Origin: a virus
Direction: 5' to 3' (one strand)
DNA: 64,000 bases
IMG/VR virus record: IMGVR_UViG_3300009703_001822
Made by a program: the position numbers and the translations under genes. Below are positions 59,196 through 64,000 of the stretch, one piece after another (position 1 is the first letter of the stretch; each line of letters begins with the position of its first letter). Below the pieces are notes generated by a model. The model searched no databases. It saw only the letters and a program-made list of their open reading frames with translations, and had not been told where the DNA came from.

Positions 59196-60460
59196 GTAGA
59201 CAATTAGATTATGTAGTTTCAGGCACTTCCTATATGAGGTTTAGTAACCCTGGGATTGCTAAGGACGAAACAAATTCACAGATTATTAATATGTTACTAG
59301 ATAAATTGGTAACAGGCGTGCATTCACACAAATTTTCTATGCTATACAACGGACATACAGAGTCTAGTTTTGGAGAAAGATTCCTAGCATATAAAGATCA
59401 TGTACATAGTATCCATGCAGACTCAGGTGGCTTACAAATTGTTACACAAGGTATGACTATTACTGATGAACTCAAAGATAAAGTATATGAGAACCAAGCA
59501 GAGTGGGCAGATGTAGGTATGTGTTTTGATGAGATACCTGTAATACTTACAGGCGATAGATCAGACAGAAACGATACTAAACAAAGGTTCTTTGACTTTG
59601 AAAACTACGAAGAGCTAGCTAGGAAAACAGGTCGTAATATAAAACGACAACTAGAAGTATTTGATAGTAAGGAAAGCACTTGCAAACCTTATATTATTCT
59701 ACAAGGTAATTGTGTAGACACATATTTAAGATGGTATGAACTATTGTTAGAACAGATACCTGCAGAGTGGCATGATAGAATAGGTGGTGTGGCAATGGGA
59801 GCAGCAGCACTAGGTACAGGTCCTTTAGAAGATGTAAAAAGAGCTTTTATTGCTAGTGAAATTGCTAAGTTCTGGCCACAAGATAAAATGCACTTACATG
59901 TATTAGGTGTAGGTAGTATTAGGCGTATAATTCCTTATCTAGTCTTTTGTCAGAACGGTTTATATGATAATGTAGATATATCATATGACTCTACAACTCA
60001 TAGTAGGGCGGTTGAGACAGGGTTATATTACATGGGACAAGGCACAACTAAGTTCAGTAGAAAAATGTCCAATTTGTATCGAGAAATGTACGATAATGTG
60101 CAGGAAACTGTCCAATTGGGAGTAGATTTAGACGAATTTCACACTATTATGAACACACCTAGCATGAAGGCAAAAGAGAAATATGGCAACTTGAACAAGT
60201 GGATATATGTTAGAACAGCATTTATCCTTATGTCCATACAAAACTTTATGAAACACCTAGAAACTATGATGTTAGATGAAGAAGCACTAATTAAATTTAC
60301 GGGTAAGATGAAACTTGACGGACAGTTCAGGAACCTCTATAATGTACGCAATAAAGATGATTTTAACTATTGGGAGAACAACCAATACTTAGGTGGAGCA
60401 ATGAAATCTATGGCAGTAGGTAGTGAACCACCAGCAAGTTTAGAGGATTTATTTACATGA
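59192..60460 (+). CDS. dpdA: DNA-guanine transglycosylase (DpdA/DpdA2-like, TGT fold)
   Basis: ADSGGLQ, FDEIP, ILQG, HLHVLGVG, SYDSTT; embedded among queE/folE/queD. Confidence 0.8.
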   Translation: MSRQLDYVVSGTSYMRFSNPGIAKDETNSQIINMLLDKLVTGVHSHKFSMLYNGHTESSFGERFLAYKDHVHSIHADSGGLQIVTQGMTITDELKDKVYENQAEWADVGMCFDEIPVILTGDRSDRNDTKQRFFDFENYEELARKTGRNIKRQLEVFDSKESTCKPYIILQGNCVDTYLRWYELLLEQIPAEWHDRIGGVAMGAAALGTGPLEDVKRAFIASEIAKFWPQDKMHLHVLGVGSIRRIIPYLVFCQNGLYDNVDISYDSTTHSRAVETGLYYMGQGTTKFSRKMSNLYREMYDNVQETVQLGVDLDEFHTIMNTPSMKAKEKYGNLNKWIYVRTAFILMSIQNFMKHLETMMLDEEALIKFTGKMKLDGQFRNLYNVRNKDDFNYWENNQYLGGAMKSMAVGSEPPASLEDLFT

Positions 60461-61014
60461 ACATATTTTTACTACATGAAAATCCTGTACTATGTGCAGA
60501 ACAGCATTGTGATAAACATGTCGTTAAAATGGTTATTGAGTACGCACAGCTCATGTCAACAGCACACCGGGTATTAGACGGAGATCTATATGAAGACAAA
60601 ACAGCAGCAGGAAGACGAATTAAAAGATGGCGACATCCTAATTCTAATATGGAGGCTACACTTTACAAGGCTAGCCACATCAATCACCCAGATGGTATAT
60701 GGGTTAGAAGCAGTGATGCCAATTATAATTACCTATATAATCTATGGTGTAGGTTATCTGAGGAATATACTCACAGGTATGGTAGGACACACTTGACACA
60801 GGAAAAACTAGAAAATTTACTTAGGTTTGCTCCTAAGAATATTGAACATGCACCAATGGCAGATGTCCATGGCTTGCCACTTGCTATGCCAGATGATGTA
60901 AAAGGTAAGAGTGTAGTAAAATCTTATCGTAGGTATTACAACAAATACAAAATTGACTTTGCTAAATATACAAACAGAGAGGAACCAGAATGGCTATTAA
61001 GAACAGGTACATAA
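60457..61014 (+). CDS. Pyrimidine-dimer DNA glycosylase / DenV-like family protein
   Basis: MNIF.L..NP..CA..HCDKHVVKM..EYAQL.STAH, H.NHP..W, EY..RYG..H. Confidence 0.8.
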   Translation: MNIFLLHENPVLCAEQHCDKHVVKMVIEYAQLMSTAHRVLDGDLYEDKTAAGRRIKRWRHPNSNMEATLYKASHINHPDGIWVRSSDANYNYLYNLWCRLSEEYTHRYGRTHLTQEKLENLLRFAPKNIEHAPMADVHGLPLAMPDDVKGKSVVKSYRRYYNKYKIDFAKYTNREEPEWLLRTGT

Positions 61015-61376
61015 AAGTATCATTTCAAAGAGAAGGAATACATAAGTTTCCAGGAGCAGATACAAATCCTGATTATGCTACAGGTGACTGGCGAGATGTT
61101 AGTTTCCTAGGTTATCCTCATAGGCATATCTTTTATTTTTATGTAACACTAGGTGTTTCTCATAACGATAGAGATGTAGAGTTCATACAATTTAAGCGAG
61201 AACTAGAAAGACAGTTTGAACAAGGAACATTACAACTAGATTACCAGTCTTGTGAGATGATAGCAGAGTCTCTTATAAATTATATAGAAGAGAAGTATCC
61301 TAATCGTGCAGTAAGAGTTGAAGTGTATGAAGATAATGAAAATGGAGGCATACTAGAGAATGATTTATTTAATTGA
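60990..61376 (+). CDS. QueD-paralogous T-fold protein (DpdL-like)
   Basis: FLGYPHRHIF, HNDRDVEFI, SCEMIAE, EDNENG. Confidence 0.7.
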   Translation: MAIKNRYIKVSFQREGIHKFPGADTNPDYATGDWRDVSFLGYPHRHIFYFYVTLGVSHNDRDVEFIQFKRELERQFEQGTLQLDYQSCEMIAESLINYIEEKYPNRAVRVEVYEDNENGGILENDLFN

Positions 61377-62424
61377 TTTAGAATATGTCGAGACACGATA
61401 CACAGCACAATGGAAAACAGAATTTCCTCAGCAAATAGCAGATCAAACAGGACAAGATATAACAGTTATTGAAGGTCCAGAAGATATTGCAGCGTGTACA
61501 ACACCAGGTGCCTTCTTAAACTTTGCAGGCACAAACATATACAAATCAGAACAAGTAAAACTTCTTGCAGAATATTTTAACAACAATGAGATTAAGAACG
61601 GAGATCATTTTGTCTTTGCAGACGCTTGGCATCCAGGTATTCTTAATCTTAAATACATGTTAGATTTATTTCAGATAGATGCAACAATACATGCACTATG
61701 GCATGCAGGCAGTTATGATCCTCAGGATTTTTTAGGTAGATTAATAGGAAATAAACCTTGGGTTAGGCATACAGAACTAGCTTTCTTTGATGCTATAGAT
61801 AAAAACTATTTTGCTAGTAACTTTCATATTGAATTATTTGTTAATACAATGTTTCCTGGCAATAATGATCCTGAATATTTAAATAGTAAAATTGTTAGAA
61901 CAGGTTGGCCTATGGAATACTTAGGCAACTATATACAACCTCAAAGATTAGTGAAAGAAGATATTATTTTGTTTCCTCACAGGGACGCACCCGAGAAACA
62001 ATTAAATATATTTCAAGACTTGGCAAAAGAATTGCCACAGTATAAATGGATTAATTGTAATGAATTGAATCTTACGAAACCAGAATACAATTCATTATTG
62101 GAACAATCTAAAATGGTTTTCTCAGCAAACTTACAAGAGACATTAGGTATTAGCTGTTATGAAATACTAATGGCAGGTGGTATTCCACTTGTACCTAACA
62201 GACTTTCTTATGTAGAAATGTATGAGGATATATTTAAGTATCCTTCTATTTGTACATTAGACTGGAAAGGCTATCAGGATAATAAACAAATGCTTATAGG
62301 AAAGATAGAAACAATGATGGAAAATTTCCAAGCAGAAGAAATACAAACGGCAATTAAGAATAATAGAACAATGTTGCAGGAGGAATACTTTACGGCAACA
62401 AACTTATATCAGGAGTTAAGATGA
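61360..62424 (+). CDS. GT-B fold glycosyltransferase (GT4-like)
   Basis: FPHR.APEKQ, EY..LL..SK.VFSANLQETLGIS..E, PLVPNRLSY.EM. Confidence 0.75.
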   Translation: MIYLIDLEYVETRYTAQWKTEFPQQIADQTGQDITVIEGPEDIAACTTPGAFLNFAGTNIYKSEQVKLLAEYFNNNEIKNGDHFVFADAWHPGILNLKYMLDLFQIDATIHALWHAGSYDPQDFLGRLIGNKPWVRHTELAFFDAIDKNYFASNFHIELFVNTMFPGNNDPEYLNSKIVRTGWPMEYLGNYIQPQRLVKEDIILFPHRDAPEKQLNIFQDLAKELPQYKWINCNELNLTKPEYNSLLEQSKMVFSANLQETLGISCYEILMAGGIPLVPNRLSYVEMYEDIFKYPSICTLDWKGYQDNKQMLIGKIETMMENFQAEEIQTAIKNNRTMLQEEYFTATNLYQELR

Positions 62425-62876
62425 GAGATTACAAATACTACTCAACAAAAACCTATGGACATGAAGAAGGTCTTTCATGTATGTTTAGACAACCTTTAGC
62501 AACGCATAGTCATTGTAGTTTACTACATGGTTACGCTTTGTCTTTTAGTTTCAAGTTTGGTTGTAACCACCTTGACGATAAAAATTGGGTAGTTGATTTT
62601 GGAGATTTAAAAGACTTAAAGGCATGGTTAAAAGATTCTTTTGATCACAAACATGCAGTGGCTAAAGACGATCCTGAACTACAAGAGTTTTTATTAATAG
62701 AACAAAAAGGATTATCAGAAGTAAGAGTAATGAACGGAGTAGGATGTGAAAAGTTTGCAGAACAAGCTTTCCATTTTGCTAATGATTTAGTAAGCAAAAA
62801 AAGTAATGGTAGATGTTATTGCGTATCATGTGAAGTTCGAGAACACGGAGCTAACAGCGCAATATACGAGGGCTAA
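62421..62876 (+). CDS. queD: 6-carboxy-5,6,7,8-tetrahydropterin synthase
   Basis: HCSLLHGY, WVVDFG.LK, FDH, GCEKFAE, EH.ANSA.Y. Confidence 0.9.
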   Translation: MRDYKYYSTKTYGHEEGLSCMFRQPLATHSHCSLLHGYALSFSFKFGCNHLDDKNWVVDFGDLKDLKAWLKDSFDHKHAVAKDDPELQEFLLIEQKGLSEVRVMNGVGCEKFAEQAFHFANDLVSKKSNGRCYCVSCEVREHGANSAIYEG

Positions 62877-62878
62877 TT

Positions 62879-63940
62879 ATGAAAGTAGCCCTTGTTACAG
62901 ACACCCATTTTGGTGCCAGATCAGATAGTTTAGCATTTGATGCTTACTTTGCCAAATTTTATGATGAATGTTTCTTTCCTTACTTAGAGAAGGAAGGTAT
63001 AAAAACAGTATGTCATTTAGGTGATATATTTGATAGGCGTAAGTATATAAATTTTAATACTTTGAAGTCTTGTAAAAGATATTTCTTTCAGAAGGCACAG
63101 GATTTAGGTATTGAAATACACATGATTCCAGGTAATCATGATACTTATTTTAAAAATACAAATGATGTAAACAGCCCTGACTTATTGTTAGGAGAATACA
63201 ATAACATAATATTATATCAGGAACCTACTGAGATAATGTTAGACAGACATAAGGTATTATATTTACCTTGGATATGTGGAGAAAATTATGACAGGACTAT
63301 GGCCAAAATTAAAGAGTCTGACGCAAAGACTTGCTTCGGACATTTCGAATTCGCAGGTTACTTCCTTCTGCCTGGAATGCCTAATCTCCATGGCATGGAT
63401 ACTGACGCTTTTACTGATTTTAATCTTGTGGTCAGTGGCCACTTTCATCATCGTCATAGCAGAGGCAATATTACATACATGGGAAACCCTTATGAAATCA
63501 CTTGGTCTGACTACAAAGACCCTCGTGGATTCGCCTTATTCGATACGGTTAAAGGAGATTTGGAATACATCAACAACCCGTTTAGAATCTTCCACAAAGT
63601 TTATTACGACGATTCAGATTTCGAAGGTAGCAATGCTCTTAGCAATTTTGATTTTAATAGTATTGTTGGTGGTAGTGTTAAATTAATAGTAACAAAGAAA
63701 ACAGACTTCTCTAAATTTGATAACTTCGTAGATAAATTATATACATGTAATCTAATTGATCTTAAAATTATAGAAGACTTCTCAGAGTTTGAAGACGAAG
63801 CTCTAGGAGAAGATATAGATTTAGAGGATACAATGACACTACTAAAAGAATATGTAGATGTTGTTGAAACAGATTTAGATAAACAAAGGATTAAGAACTT
63901 ACTACAAAGCCTCTACATCGAGGCACAAGATACAGTATGA
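62879..63940 (+). CDS. g47: Recombination endonuclease subunit gp47 (Mre11/SbcD-like)
   Basis: TDTHFG, HLGD.FDRR, GNHD, SGHFH. Confidence 0.95.
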   Translation: MKVALVTDTHFGARSDSLAFDAYFAKFYDECFFPYLEKEGIKTVCHLGDIFDRRKYINFNTLKSCKRYFFQKAQDLGIEIHMIPGNHDTYFKNTNDVNSPDLLLGEYNNIILYQEPTEIMLDRHKVLYLPWICGENYDRTMAKIKESDAKTCFGHFEFAGYFLLPGMPNLHGMDTDAFTDFNLVVSGHFHHRHSRGNITYMGNPYEITWSDYKDPRGFALFDTVKGDLEYINNPFRIFHKVYYDDSDFEGSNALSNFDFNSIVGGSVKLIVTKKTDFSKFDNFVDKLYTCNLIDLKIIEDFSEFEDEALGEDIDLEDTMTLLKEYVDVVETDLDKQRIKNLLQSLYIEAQDTV

Positions 63941-64000
63941 TACATTTTAAAAATATTAAATGGAAGAACTTCCTATCTACAGGTAATGCATGGACAGAGA
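63937..64000 (+). CDS. g46: Recombination ATPase gp46, N-terminal fragment
   Basis: MIHFKNIKWKNFLSTGNAWTE, ATGA overlap with g47. Confidence 0.85.
   Translation, partial: MIHFKNIKWKNFLSTGNAWTE

Noticed and set aside
59192-60460. tRNA-guanine transglycosylase for queuosine tRNA modification
   Set aside because: Lacks the C-terminal CxCxxC zinc motif of bacterial Tgt, and the phage context fits DNA-acting DpdA better; not fully excluded
63276-63686. 136-aa alternative-frame ORF in g47
   Set aside because: Entirely inside a conserved gene; no supporting signals
1-64000. tRNA genes, introns, inteins, homing endonucleases
   Set aside because: Intergenic gaps are short with no cloverleaf seen, and core genes (g17, g20, g23, uvsW) are uninterrupted and of normal length; checked by eye only

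Overview
AT-rich window from a large T4-like myovirus, most similar in organisation to marine T4-like phages; the host cannot be determined from this window. Bases 1-22445 hold baseplate and virion genes (g54 partial, g2, g4, g48, g53, hub, g5, g25, g6, g7, g8, a 2080-aa VrlC-like protein and a Tyr-Gly repeat protein). Bases 22482-32752 are an accessory island with five intact-looking glycosyltransferase-like genes plus one degenerate fusion, two 2OG-Fe(II)-type oxygenases, DNA ligase and thyX. Bases 32809-50124 hold fibre genes and the g13-g23 neck/terminase/tail/head block. Then follow a late-promoter-driven, expanded glnA-type glutamine riboswitch ahead of an unannotated triple-YRG peptide, iscU/iscA, g3, uvsY, uvsW and g55. 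A 7-deazaguanine DNA-modification cluster (queE, PRTase, folE, exonuclease, dpdA-like, DenV-like, QueD paralog, GT-B glycosyltransferase, queD) lies before g47/g46. All calls come from motif recognition and synteny by eye; no database searches were run.
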